IMG/VR virus record: IMGVR_UViG_3300042892_004104
Origin: a virus
Taxonomy: Duplodnaviria > Heunggongvirae > Uroviricota > Caudoviricetes
Direction: 5' to 3' (one strand)
Length of the DNA stretch: 64,000 nucleotides
A program made the position numbers and the translations under genes. Shown one piece after another: positions 53,223 to 63,683 of this stretch. The number at the start of each line of letters is the position of its first letter. Position 1 is the stretch's first letter. Below the pieces are notes generated by a model. The model was not told the DNA's origin and made no database searches. It saw only the letters and a program-made list of their open reading frames with translations.

Positions 53223-54722
53223 ATGTCTATCTACAAGCGTGTTGCTGGCAATCTCGTAATTCAAACCGTGGGTGCAACGGATACTGTTACTTTTGAAGGA
53301 CTCACAGCCAATGCTGCCACTGTGATCATCAATGGTGATTTAACTGTGAGTGGCAACGCCAGTTTGACCGGTAACATTTCGGGCGACAAGATATTCAACG
53401 GCACAACATCAATTGAAATCCCTGTGGCCGGCGGCAATGCGCTGATTTCTGTGGGCGGAACCGCCAACGTGTTGGTAGTGAGTTCCACAGGAGCCAACGT
53501 CACAGGTACTGCCAACATATCTGGAGCAGTGACCACTGCATCCACAGTCAGTGCAGTGGGCAACATCACAGGAGCCAACCTAAACACTGCTGGCAACGTT
53601 TGGATTGTTCGTGACGCCAGTGTGACTCAGCCCACCATTAGATTCACAGACACAGACACCGAAATTGCTGATGGCCAAACATTTGGCGCTGTAGAATGGT
53701 TTACGTCAGACATATCTGGAGGCGGAGCCAGAGTCACAGCAGCTATCCGTGCAGTGGCAGCAGGAACTGTGGGCAACTCCAACGTTCAAATTTTGACTTC
53801 TACCAATGGTGCAGCAGCCACACCCAAAGTTACCATTCTCAGCACAGGCAACGTGGGCATAGGTAATGTGGCACCGGTTGACACACTGGCAGTGACTGGA
53901 ACCATCTATGGCAGTTCTACCCTGGTCTCAGTGGGCAATATCACTGGAGGAAACTTGTTGACTGCAGGTTCAGCCACAGCAACTGGCAACATTGTGGGCG
54001 GCAATATTTCAACAGCAGGATTGATCACAGCCACAGGCAACATCACCAGCGGCAACGTAATTAGTCTAGGAGTAGTTATTGCAGGTGCTGCAGGGGTCAC
54101 AGCCACTGGCAACGTGCGCGGCGGCAATTTGGTAAGCGATGCTGCAGTGTCAGCCACAGGCAACATCACAGGCTCCGACTTGTTCACACAAGGCATAGTC
54201 AGTGCCACAGGCAACGTGCAAGCTGGTAACGCAGTGATCGTCAACACTGTTCGGGCAGCTAACACAGTAATTTCTGGACTCAGTAGCGGAACCGGTATTG
54301 GTGTTGAAAACATTGTGTGGCAAAACACTAATTTCACAGTATCTTCAGTCACAATGGCCAACGTGGGTGTGTTGACATTCACAGCATTGGAAAACCAAGC
54401 TTACAAATTTGAAGCTTTTATGCCTGTTGCTCCTGATGGGTCCACTACCACAGCGTTTTCTGTGCTGTTTGACAACGGATCTTGCAACTATGTTTTGGAG
54501 ACACAGACCACAGCCACAGCCGCCTGGGCAGCAGTGTCTTCTACCACCAGCAACACCACCGGAACCACCCAATCAATGACTGGCACTGACATGCGTACTG
54601 TGCGTATTTCAGGCACTTTTGCACACACTGCCAACACTGATGTGACCATTCGTGCTCAGACCAGTGCTGCTAACCTTGTGGTCAAGACCAACTCCTACCT
54701 GACATACACCAGAATTGGCTAA
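53223..54722 (+). CDS. Fibre-like virion protein with ATGNITGGN repeats
   Basis: 499 aa; Gly/Asn/Thr/Val-rich repeats. Confidence 0.72.
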   Translation: MSIYKRVAGNLVIQTVGATDTVTFEGLTANAATVIINGDLTVSGNASLTGNISGDKIFNGTTSIEIPVAGGNALISVGGTANVLVVSSTGANVTGTANISGAVTTASTVSAVGNITGANLNTAGNVWIVRDASVTQPTIRFTDTDTEIADGQTFGAVEWFTSDISGGGARVTAAIRAVAAGTVGNSNVQILTSTNGAAATPKVTILSTGNVGIGNVAPVDTLAVTGTIYGSSTLVSVGNITGGNLLTAGSATATGNIVGGNISTAGLITATGNITSGNVISLGVVIAGAAGVTATGNVRGGNLVSDAAVSATGNITGSDLFTQGIVSATGNVQAGNAVIVNTVRAANTVISGLSSGTGIGVENIVWQNTNFTVSSVTMANVGVLTFTALENQAYKFEAFMPVAPDGSTTTAFSVLFDNGSCNYVLETQTTATAAWAAVSSTTSNTTGTTQSMTGTDMRTVRISGTFAHTANTDVTIRAQTSAANLVVKTNSYLTYTRIG

Positions 54723-54771
54723 ATTGTATTCCTGCTCTTTTGGTAAATACACCAGAGGACCTTGAATACCT

Positions 54772-57700
54772 ATGTCACAACAAATAATTGATATTGGCGC
54801 CGAAGCCAATGATGGAACTGGTGAACCGTTACGCAGTGCGTTCAATGCGGTAAATGAAAACTTTTCAGAAGTTTATGCCGCTGGCCCTGTTGGTTCCAAT
54901 GTAGTAATCAGTGGAAACACTATCACCGTTACCGGCATCAACAACAACTTGGTGCTGGCAGCCAACGGAATTGGCAATATTCAGGCCAACAGCACAATTG
55001 TGCCCAGTATTGATGCTGTGTATGACATTGGTACTCCAACCAAAAGAATAGACACAGTTTATGCCACATACTTTGTGGGCAATGGTAGTTTTCTGACGGG
55101 TATTGCTGGAGGCGGCAACGGCAACGCTATTGTCAATGGTGCCACCAATGTTTCTATTCCCTCAGTCAATGGCAATGTGGCAGTGACCATTGACGGCCGT
55201 GGCAATGTGCTAGTGGTACAACGTCAAAACGTGGTTGTAAATGCCAATGTGATACCCAGTGCAAACGTTACCTACAGTCTGGGTTCTGCAGCAGCAGCCT
55301 GGCAAGACTTGTACTTGAGCAACAGTACCATATATCTGGGCAACAGTACTGTCAGATCAAACACAACCTCATTCACACTGACCACGCCCACAGGTGGCAG
55401 CTTGGTATTGCAAGGCAACGGCACAGTGACCAGTTATGCCAATGCCAACGTGACTGCTTTCTTGCCCACAAACTCTGCTAATATTCGTGGCGCCAACATT
55501 GTTGCTACCAACAACATCAGTGCAGCAGGTAATGTAACTGGACAATACATCATTGGCGATGGCGGATTCCTTAGTAATATTGTGTTTACTGGCAATGTGG
55601 CAGTGAGCCAACTGGGCAATGGTACCACAGTGCTTAGAGTTGAAGGTTCCGGCGGCAACTTGACCGCCACAGTAGGCGGCGTAAGCAACGTGCAAGTGGT
55701 CACTCCCACAGGCGTCAATATCACAGGCAATGTCAGTGCCACAGGCAACATCACTGGCAACTATATTTTAGGAAATGGCAGTCAACTAACTGGCATGCCT
55801 GCTGCATATGCCAACTCAAACGTGGCTTCATACCTGTTGACCAACACAGGAAACATTGCTGCTGGAAATGTGTCAGTCACAAGCAATGTGTCCGCAGGCA
55901 ATCTTAGTGCATCAGGCAATGTTCGCAGTCAAGGGGCCATAAGTGCTGTTGGTAACATCATAACCGAAGGCGTGTTTATTGGCAACTTCCAGGGCAACAT
56001 AACTGGTAACATCACTGTTCCTGGATCCAACACTCAGGTGTTGTTCAACGGCAATGGCAATGCTGCTGCTGTGCCAGGATTTACCTACAACGCAGATTCC
56101 AACACAGTGGGTGTGTTGGGTGTGGTCAGTGCACAAGGCAATGTGATTGCTGGCAATGTCAGCACTGTGGGCAATATCACAGCCAACTACTATTCAGGCA
56201 ACGGCTCGCAGCTGGCCTCAATCGCAGCAGCCAATGTGGTTGGCACGGTGTCTACTGCTGCACAAGTAACTGATTCAGCTCAATCAAACATCACCAGTGT
56301 TGGCACACTGACCAATCTTGCAGTAACTGGTAATATTGATGCAGCACGATTAATAGTCAACAATATCAGCAGCGATGATTCCAGTGTTCTGATCATAGAC
56401 GATGGACTAGAGATTAATGGTGATCTTGCTGCGGCCAACATCAGCGCCAATTTTTATTCAGGCAATGGGTCGCAACTGACTGGCATGTACAGCAATACCA
56501 ATGTGCAGGCCTACTTGCCCACATACACAGGTAACCTAGCAGCCCTGGCCGGCAATGTCACGACCACAGCCAACGTATCTGGCAACTTTATTTTAGGTAA
56601 TGGATCCCAATTGGCCAGCGTCAATGCTGTGTCTGTGTTGGGTAATGCGCCAGCAGTGTTGGCCAATGTTAACAGTCTGGCACAGCGAGATTCCAACGGC
56701 AACCTCACTGCCAACTATTTTTCAGGCAATGGGTCGCAACTGACTGGCATGTACAGCAATACCAATGTGCAGGCCTACTTGCCCACATATACCGGCAACC
56801 TAGCAGCACTAGCTGGCAATGTCACTACTAGTGCCAACATATCTGGCAACTTTATTTTAGGTAATGGATCTCAACTAACTGGATTGCCTGCCACTTACAG
56901 CAATGCCAATGTGCAGGCGTATTTGCCCACATACACCGGCAACCTGGCGGCATTGACTGGCAATGTCACAACCAGTGCCAATATCTCAGGAAGTTTCTTG
57001 CTGGGCAATGGTGCATTTATTTCTGGATTGCCAGCTGGTTATTCAAATGCTGAAGTAGCTACATTTTTAGCCAGCGGCACCAACTCGGCCAACATTGTTA
57101 GCACTGCCAATATCTCAGGAAGTTTCTTGCTGGGCAATGGTGCATTTATTTCTGGATTGCCAGCCAATTACGGCAACACTGAAGTGGCTGCATTCTTGCC
57201 CACATATACCGGCAACCTGGCGGCATTGACTGGCAATGTCACAACCACTGGTAATGTTCGTGGTGGAAATATTTCTAGTCCTGGCGCAATCAGTGCCACA
57301 GGCAACATTTCGGGTAGTTTTGTCTTTGGTAATGGTAGTCAACTCACAGGAGTTGTGTCTAGTTATACCAACTCCAATGTAGAAGCCTACCTGCCCACAT
57401 ACACTGGCAACCTGGCGGCACTAGCTGGCAATGTCACTACTAGTGCCAATGTCACAGGCGGTAACTTATTGACCACAGGACTGATTTCTGCAGGATCGTT
57501 AACAGCTTCGGGCAATGTGGTAGCAGGAAACTTGACCACAACCAACACAGTGAGCACAGGCAGTCTGATCACAACTGGCAATGCTATTGTGGGCGGCGAC
57601 CTAGTGATCAACGGTAACATTACCTATGTCAACGTGGCTGATCTAAATGTTGAAGATCCCATAATTGGTCTTGGTCGAGCAGCAAACAATCAGCCACTCA

Positions 57701-60018
57701 CCACAAACGATGGCAAAGATCGTGGCGAACAACTTTGGTATTATGACACCGCTGAAAAGTCAGCATTTGTAGGCTACGACAATTCTTCAGCAAAAATGAT
57801 TGTTGCAGCCAACGTGTCTATCACTGACGAAGTAGTCACAGTCAACAACTATGGCAACACTGTGTTGGGAAATCTTGAGTCTACTACGATGGTTGCCACG
57901 GGCAACGTTACAGGTGGCAATATTGTCACTGGTGGCTTGATTAGTGCCACAGGCAACATCACAGGTGGCAACGTTACAGGTGGCAATGTTGTCACTGGTG
58001 GCTTGATTAGTGCCACAGGCAACATCACAGGTGGCAATGTACTCACAGGTGGCATTTCCAGTGCCACAGGCACAGTTACAGGTGGTAACTTGGCCACAGG
58101 CGGAACAATCAGTGCTACAGGCAACATCACTGGCGGCAATGTAAACACCACTAATCTAAGTCTCACAGGCAATGTTATTGGTGCATTTAATGTTACAGGT
58201 AACATCACCGGCGGAAATATAACATCTGTTGCTGCGCTAACTGCAGCATTTATATCATCCTCAGGAAATATTGTCACAGGCGGAACAATCAGTGCTACAG
58301 GCAACATCACTGGAGCCAATGTTATATCAGCCACCACACTCAGTGCAAGTGGCAACGTTCAATCTGGCAACGTGGTCACGGGATATGTCAGTGCTACTGG
58401 CAACATTGACAGTGCAATGATCAACACAGATAACGTGTACGCAGATTTTGTGTCAGTAACTGGCAACGTGCTTGGTGGCAACATTGTCACTGCAGGTATT
58501 GTAAGTGCCACAGGCAACATCACCAGCGGCAATTTATCTGCCACATTGATCACAGTGACCACAGCCAATGCCACAGGCAATGTCAACAGTGGAAACATCA
58601 ACACTGCTGGTCAAGTGATTGTGACTGGCAACGTTACTGGAGGTAACTTGGTCACTGCCGGCACTGTCAGCGGCGCCAACTTAACCACGTCTGGAACACT
58701 CACTGCTGTGGGCAACATTGTGGGCGGCAATATTGGTACATCAAACTCTGTGTCAGGTTTGAATTTGTTTGCAACAGGCAACGTTAGTGCAGTAGGAAAT
58801 GTAATTGGTGGCAATGTTATTTCACAAGGCCTGGCATCAGTTACAGGCAACGTCACTGGCGGCAATATTTCAACTGCAGGATTGATCACAGCCACTGGCA
58901 CTATTACATCTGCTGCCACTGTCACTGGTGCTGACCTGGTGTCAACTGCTCAAATAAGCGCAGCAGGCAACATCACAGCCACTGGCAACGTGTTGGCTAC
59001 CAATTTTATTGGTAATTTGGTAGGTAATCTCACAGCCCCTGGCGCAAACACACAGTTGATCTTTAATCAGGCAGGTGTTCTAGGCGGGGCAACTGGTCTA
59101 GTATTTGACTATGCAGGCAATGCACTCACTGTGGGCGGCAATATTGTTACACAAAACGGTGGCGGTCTACAAGTTGCTGGAGCTATAAGTGTAGCTGGCA
59201 ATGTCACAGTGGGCACAGGCAACATCAACGGTGGCAACATACTTGGCACTGTGATCAGTGCCTCAGGCAATATAACAGGTGGTAATCTGTCAACTGGGGG
59301 AACCATCACAGCCACAGGCAACATTGTGGGTGGTAACCTGAGTGGTACCAGCATTGTAGGCACACTGACCACTGCGGCTCAAAACAATATTACATCAGTT
59401 GGCACACTGGGAGTGCTAACAGTCACTGGCAATGTCACGGGCGGCAATGTACTAACCAGCGGGTTGATTAGTGCAGGCAGCACAATTGTTGGTGTAGGTA
59501 ACATCACCGGCGGCAACTTGCTCACCGGCGGACTAGTTCAAGCAACCAGCAATGTGACAGGTGGTAATCTAAGCACAGCAGGACAAGTGGTGGCCACTGG
59601 CAATGTAACAGGTGGCAACGTGCTGGCGTCCAATTTGACTGCAACTCGAATAGTGTTTGCAGGCACCAATGGCTTGTTGTCTGACACCAGTGGATTTGCG
59701 TACACTGCAGGCAATTCCACATTGTCAGTGCCAAACCTGGCTACTGGTATAATCAGTGCCACAGGCAACGTGACTGTGGGCAACGTAATCACAGGCGGAT
59801 TGATCACTGCCACAGGCAACATAACTGGTGGCAACCTAAATGCTGCAGGATTGAGTCTAAGCGGTAACGTGATAAGTGCTCTTAACATGACAACCAACAT
59901 TACCACAACAGGTAATATCACTGCCAACAACATTGCTGCCACAACAGCCATAAATATTGCTGGCAAACAAGTGGCAACAGTAGACGATGCAACAGCATTG
60001 GCAATAGCATTAGGATAA
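54772..60018 (+). CDS. Long tail-fibre-like protein with gp9/gp10-type N-terminal baseplate-attachment motif
   Basis: N-terminus QIIDIGAEANDGTGEPLRSAFNAVNENFSEVY; 1748 aa of GN-rich repeats; TAAATA at 54744-49. Confidence 0.8.
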   Translation: MSQQIIDIGAEANDGTGEPLRSAFNAVNENFSEVYAAGPVGSNVVISGNTITVTGINNNLVLAANGIGNIQANSTIVPSIDAVYDIGTPTKRIDTVYATYFVGNGSFLTGIAGGGNGNAIVNGATNVSIPSVNGNVAVTIDGRGNVLVVQRQNVVVNANVIPSANVTYSLGSAAAAWQDLYLSNSTIYLGNSTVRSNTTSFTLTTPTGGSLVLQGNGTVTSYANANVTAFLPTNSANIRGANIVATNNISAAGNVTGQYIIGDGGFLSNIVFTGNVAVSQLGNGTTVLRVEGSGGNLTATVGGVSNVQVVTPTGVNITGNVSATGNITGNYILGNGSQLTGMPAAYANSNVASYLLTNTGNIAAGNVSVTSNVSAGNLSASGNVRSQGAISAVGNIITEGVFIGNFQGNITGNITVPGSNTQVLFNGNGNAAAVPGFTYNADSNTVGVLGVVSAQGNVIAGNVSTVGNITANYYSGNGSQLASIAAANVVGTVSTAAQVTDSAQSNITSVGTLTNLAVTGNIDAARLIVNNISSDDSSVLIIDDGLEINGDLAAANISANFYSGNGSQLTGMYSNTNVQAYLPTYTGNLAALAGNVTTTANVSGNFILGNGSQLASVNAVSVLGNAPAVLANVNSLAQRDSNGNLTANYFSGNGSQLTGMYSNTNVQAYLPTYTGNLAALAGNVTTSANISGNFILGNGSQLTGLPATYSNANVQAYLPTYTGNLAALTGNVTTSANISGSFLLGNGAFISGLPAGYSNAEVATFLASGTNSANIVSTANISGSFLLGNGAFISGLPANYGNTEVAAFLPTYTGNLAALTGNVTTTGNVRGGNISSPGAISATGNISGSFVFGNGSQLTGVVSSYTNSNVEAYLPTYTGNLAALAGNVTTSANVTGGNLLTTGLISAGSLTASGNVVAGNLTTTNTVSTGSLITTGNAIVGGDLVINGNITYVNVADLNVEDPIIGLGRAANNQPLTTNDGKDRGEQLWYYDTAEKSAFVGYDNSSAKMIVAANVSITDEVVTVNNYGNTVLGNLESTTMVATGNVTGGNIVTGGLISATGNITGGNVTGGNVVTGGLISATGNITGGNVLTGGISSATGTVTGGNLATGGTISATGNITGGNVNTTNLSLTGNVIGAFNVTGNITGGNITSVAALTAAFISSSGNIVTGGTISATGNITGANVISATTLSASGNVQSGNVVTGYVSATGNIDSAMINTDNVYADFVSVTGNVLGGNIVTAGIVSATGNITSGNLSATLITVTTANATGNVNSGNINTAGQVIVTGNVTGGNLVTAGTVSGANLTTSGTLTAVGNIVGGNIGTSNSVSGLNLFATGNVSAVGNVIGGNVISQGLASVTGNVTGGNISTAGLITATGTITSAATVTGADLVSTAQISAAGNITATGNVLATNFIGNLVGNLTAPGANTQLIFNQAGVLGGATGLVFDYAGNALTVGGNIVTQNGGGLQVAGAISVAGNVTVGTGNINGGNILGTVISASGNITGGNLSTGGTITATGNIVGGNLSGTSIVGTLTTAAQNNITSVGTLGVLTVTGNVTGGNVLTSGLISAGSTIVGVGNITGGNLLTGGLVQATSNVTGGNLSTAGQVVATGNVTGGNVLASNLTATRIVFAGTNGLLSDTSGFAYTAGNSTLSVPNLATGIISATGNVTVGNVITGGLITATGNITGGNLNAAGLSLSGNVISALNMTTNITTTGNITANNIAATTAINIAGKQVATVDDATALAIALG
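56455..57460 (+). repeat. In-frame repeated modules (GNGSQLTG..YSN..V.AYLPTYTGNLAAL.GNVTT) with near-exact DNA copies
   Basis: Exact DNA repeats near 56461/56726 and near 56974/57102. Confidence 0.8.
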
Positions 60019-60022
60019 TAGA

Positions 60023-60358
60023 ATGGCAAATACTTTTACAAGAAAACTCAGCAGTTCAGTTGGAACTTCTGCTACCGAAATTGGCAGCTACACAGTGCCT
60101 TCTAGCACTACCACTGTGGTAGTAGGACTCGCAGTAACCAATCGAACAGGCAGTTCAATCACAGCCAATGTGTTTATTCAAGATTCATCGGTGGCCAACA
60201 CCTATGTGGTAGTAAATGCTCCAATCAGTTCAGGATCAAGCCTGGTTGTTGGTGGCGGTGATCAGAAACTGGTACTGATCACCGGAGACAAAGTGTTTGT
60301 ACAAAGCAGTGCAAGTTCAAGCCTTGATGCTGTGATGAGCATAATGGAAATTACCTAA
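60023..60358 (+). CDS. Small virion/fibre-associated protein
   Basis: 111 aa, beta-rich, coupled to both neighbours. Confidence 0.68.
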   Translation: MANTFTRKLSSSVGTSATEIGSYTVPSSTTTVVVGLAVTNRTGSSITANVFIQDSSVANTYVVVNAPISSGSSLVVGGGDQKLVLITGDKVFVQSSASSSLDAVMSIMEIT

Positions 60359-63300
60359 TGAGTTATATTGGTCTTAACCCACAACAACAGTTGCTGAATA
60401 CCAGCACTGAATTTTTCAGTGGTGATGATTCAACGATTCAATTCTTTCTTTCACGTAGTGTAGCGTCTGCTAGTGATCTAGATGTCATGATTGGCAACGT
60501 GGCACAGCGTCCGTTTGTGGACTATGTGGCACAGAACGTTTCCATGCAGTTTACTACCGCTCCTGCGGCAGGAACCAACAACATCACAGTCACATTCCGA
60601 GCAGGTGCACTAAATTCACTGGACCTTACGGCCAATGCATTTGGTGCTGGCACAGTGGGTGAGCCTGCAGTTTACAGTGTGGCAGCCAACAACACAGGTA
60701 TCTACTGGCCCAACGCCACAACGTTAAGTGTGACTGTGGCTGGCAGTGACCGTGTGAAATTCAGCAGCAATGTCAATTCAACCAGCAACACCACAGGAGC
60801 ACTAACTGTCACAGGCGGCGCAGGCATCACTGGCAACATCAATACCAGTGGTCTAGTGGCAATTACCAATGTGGTCAACAGTGCAAACATCAACACAGGT
60901 GCACTTACTGTGGCAGGCGGCACAGGCATTGTGGGCAATCTAAATGTTGGTGGCGACATCACTTGCGTGGGTGACTTTACTGTGAACGGTACATTTACCA
61001 CAACAGGAGTAGATGCTCTAGTGGTAGAAGATCCTTTTATCTTTTTGGCCAACGCCAATCCAGGCGACAGTGTTGACACTGGCGTGATATCTCAGTACAA
61101 CGACGGTGTGGTCACACGATACACTGGCTACTTCCGCGACATCACAGATGGCAAATATCGATTGTTTGGCAACTTGTTGACCAAACCTACCACTGTGGTT
61201 GACACTGGAAACGCTAGTTTTGAACTGGACGATTTGCTCCTGGCTAACCTCAGTGCCAGTGGCAACGTTACTGGTGCGTTCTTTGTGGGCAACGGATCAT
61301 CGCTCACTGGTATTGCCACAGATGCTACTCAAATTTTTAATGCCAACAGTCGAGTTGTAATTCCTTCGTCCAATGGCAACATTGTGAGCAATGTCAACAA
61401 CGTTACCATAAGCACAGTCAGCAGCGCAGGACAAAACATCACAGGTGCAATTGCAGCCACAGCCAACATCAGTGCTGCAGGCAATGTGATTGGCGGCAAC
61501 GTCAGTGCTGTGGGCATAGTCACTGCCACTGGAAACATCATTAGTGCTGCCAACGTGTCTGGCGGCAACCTGCTCACAGGCGGAGGCATCACAGCCACAG
61601 CCAATGTCACAGGCGGCAATATCACCACAGCAGCACAGGTCAGTGCTGGAGCCAATGTCACAGGCGGCAACATAAGAACAGCAGGTGTGGTCAGTGCCAC
61701 AGGCGACGTATTTGGCAACAATTTTTCAGCCACAACTGCAATCAACGCTTCGGGCAACATAACCGGAGCCAATGTTGTGAGTTCAGGCGCTGTCAGTGCC
61801 ACTGGTGCTATCACAGGCGGCGGCACACTGTCGGTGACAGGCAATATCACAGGCGGCAACGTCAGCACAGGCATTTTGAGCCTGAGTGGCAACGTGGTTG
61901 GTGCAATCAACACAACAAGTGCTATCACTACCACTGCCAATATTGCAGGTGGTAATATTGTTAGTTCAGGGCTGTTGCAAGGTGTCACTTTGAGTGCCAC
62001 TGGTGCTGTCACGTTCTCAGCAACTACAACTGCAATCGCAGTGGGCACAAGTCAGACCACAGGAACAATCACACTGGGCGGCACCAGCCAAACTGGCGTG
62101 ATCACGATTGGTAGATCAACTGAAACACAGTCATTGATCCTGGCCAATGGTGTCACCGCATCAGGCAACCTCAAAACAGTCAGCATTGGTGAGTTGGGCG
62201 CTGTGGGATCCACAACCACAATTGCAGTAGGACCTGTTGATGGAACAGGTACTGCAACGTTCAACACAGGCACCGCAGTGACCATTGCCAACACATCAGG
62301 ATTGGCTCTGAGTGTGGCCGGCAACGTTACCGGCGCCAATCTGCGAACTTCTGGTGTGACCATTGGTTCTAGTGCAGTCTCTGGTGTGTCAACGCTGAGT
62401 GCAAGCGGTACAATAACAGGTGGCAACTTGGCCACAGGTGGTTCAGTTAGTGCCACAGGCACCATCACAGGTGGCAACTTGGTCACAGGTGGAACTGCCA
62501 GTGCTACAGGCAACGTCACTGGTGGCAACATCTTGACCACAGGACTGATCAGTGCAGGTGGTTCAGTCAGTGCTACAGGCAATGTCACTGGTGGCAACAT
62601 CAGCACAGCTGGCCTGATCATTGCCACAGGCAACATCACTGCCACTGCCAATATTGCTGGTGGCAACATCTTGACTGCTAACTTGTTACAAGGTGGCACA
62701 GTTAGTGCCACTGCCAACGTGATTGGTGCCAACATACAAGGTGGCACGCTGAGCCTAAGCGGCAACGTGATTAGTGGTTTAAATATGACCACTGAGATTA
62801 TCAGCACTGGCAATATCACAGGTGGTAACTTGATTGGTAATGGACGTGTGCTGACATCACTCAGTGCTACCAATATTAATTTTGGTACATTAGATCAAGC
62901 TCGCCTGGCCAACGCAGCAGTCACGCTGGGCAGCACAGCACTTACCTTGGGCGCAACAGTGACTACTGTGGCTGGGTTGACCAGTGTAACATCAACTACG
63001 TTTGTGGGTGCGTTGACTGGAGCAGCTACCACAGCTGGTACTGTGACCACAGCAGCACAACCCAATATCACCAGTGTGGGCACTCTCAGCAGTGTCACCG
63101 TCACAGCCAACGTGGCCGCCGGCAACTTGACCACAGCAGGTCTAGTAGTGGCCACTGGTAACATCACAGGCGGGAACCTGATCACTGCTGGCCTAGTAAG
63201 CCTGAGTTCAATTACCAAAACAGGATCAAACGGGGTAGGCAACATTGGTGCAGTGGCCAGCGCATTCAACACAATATTTGCCAAAGCAACCTCAGCACAA

Positions 63301-63675
63301 TACGCTGACTTGGCCGAGATGTACTGTGCTGACGCAACATACGCTCCAGGCACTGTGTTGAGTTTTGGCGGCTCACAAGAGGTCACACTTAGCACACAGG
63401 CCAGCGACCCACGAGTTGCTGGCGTGGTGTCCACCCATCCTGCACACTTGATGAATTCAACCCTGGATTGTGATTTTGCAGTGGCTCTGGCCCTGACAGG
63501 GCGAGTACCTGCCCAGGTCACAGGCACAGTACGCAAGGGCGACATGATGGTGAGTGCTGGCAACGGACATGCACAGGCCTGTGCCACGCCTGCCATGGGC
63601 ACAGTGATCGGCAAGGCACTGGAAGATTTTGACGGCAACGCTGGCACAATTGAAATTGTTGTTGGCAGAATGTAA
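60358..63675 (+). CDS. Tail-fibre-like protein with C-terminal intramolecular-chaperone/autocleavage-type domain
   Basis: GN-rich repeats; C-terminal YADLAEMY...VAGVVST.PA.LMN...GRVP...KGD...IGKALE. Confidence 0.75.
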   Translation: MSYIGLNPQQQLLNTSTEFFSGDDSTIQFFLSRSVASASDLDVMIGNVAQRPFVDYVAQNVSMQFTTAPAAGTNNITVTFRAGALNSLDLTANAFGAGTVGEPAVYSVAANNTGIYWPNATTLSVTVAGSDRVKFSSNVNSTSNTTGALTVTGGAGITGNINTSGLVAITNVVNSANINTGALTVAGGTGIVGNLNVGGDITCVGDFTVNGTFTTTGVDALVVEDPFIFLANANPGDSVDTGVISQYNDGVVTRYTGYFRDITDGKYRLFGNLLTKPTTVVDTGNASFELDDLLLANLSASGNVTGAFFVGNGSSLTGIATDATQIFNANSRVVIPSSNGNIVSNVNNVTISTVSSAGQNITGAIAATANISAAGNVIGGNVSAVGIVTATGNIISAANVSGGNLLTGGGITATANVTGGNITTAAQVSAGANVTGGNIRTAGVVSATGDVFGNNFSATTAINASGNITGANVVSSGAVSATGAITGGGTLSVTGNITGGNVSTGILSLSGNVVGAINTTSAITTTANIAGGNIVSSGLLQGVTLSATGAVTFSATTTAIAVGTSQTTGTITLGGTSQTGVITIGRSTETQSLILANGVTASGNLKTVSIGELGAVGSTTTIAVGPVDGTGTATFNTGTAVTIANTSGLALSVAGNVTGANLRTSGVTIGSSAVSGVSTLSASGTITGGNLATGGSVSATGTITGGNLVTGGTASATGNVTGGNILTTGLISAGGSVSATGNVTGGNISTAGLIIATGNITATANIAGGNILTANLLQGGTVSATANVIGANIQGGTLSLSGNVISGLNMTTEIISTGNITGGNLIGNGRVLTSLSATNINFGTLDQARLANAAVTLGSTALTLGATVTTVAGLTSVTSTTFVGALTGAATTAGTVTTAAQPNITSVGTLSSVTVTANVAAGNLTTAGLVVATGNITGGNLITAGLVSLSSITKTGSNGVGNIGAVASAFNTIFAKATSAQYADLAEMYCADATYAPGTVLSFGGSQEVTLSTQASDPRVAGVVSTHPAHLMNSTLDCDFAVALALTGRVPAQVTGTVRKGDMMVSAGNGHAQACATPAMGTVIGKALEDFDGNAGTIEIVVGRM

Positions 63676-63683
63676 GGAAAAAA

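Noticed and set aside
54772-63675. Diversity-generating retroelement template/variable repeats in fibre genes
   Set aside because: No reverse transcriptase in the window, and repeat differences are not adenine-specific.
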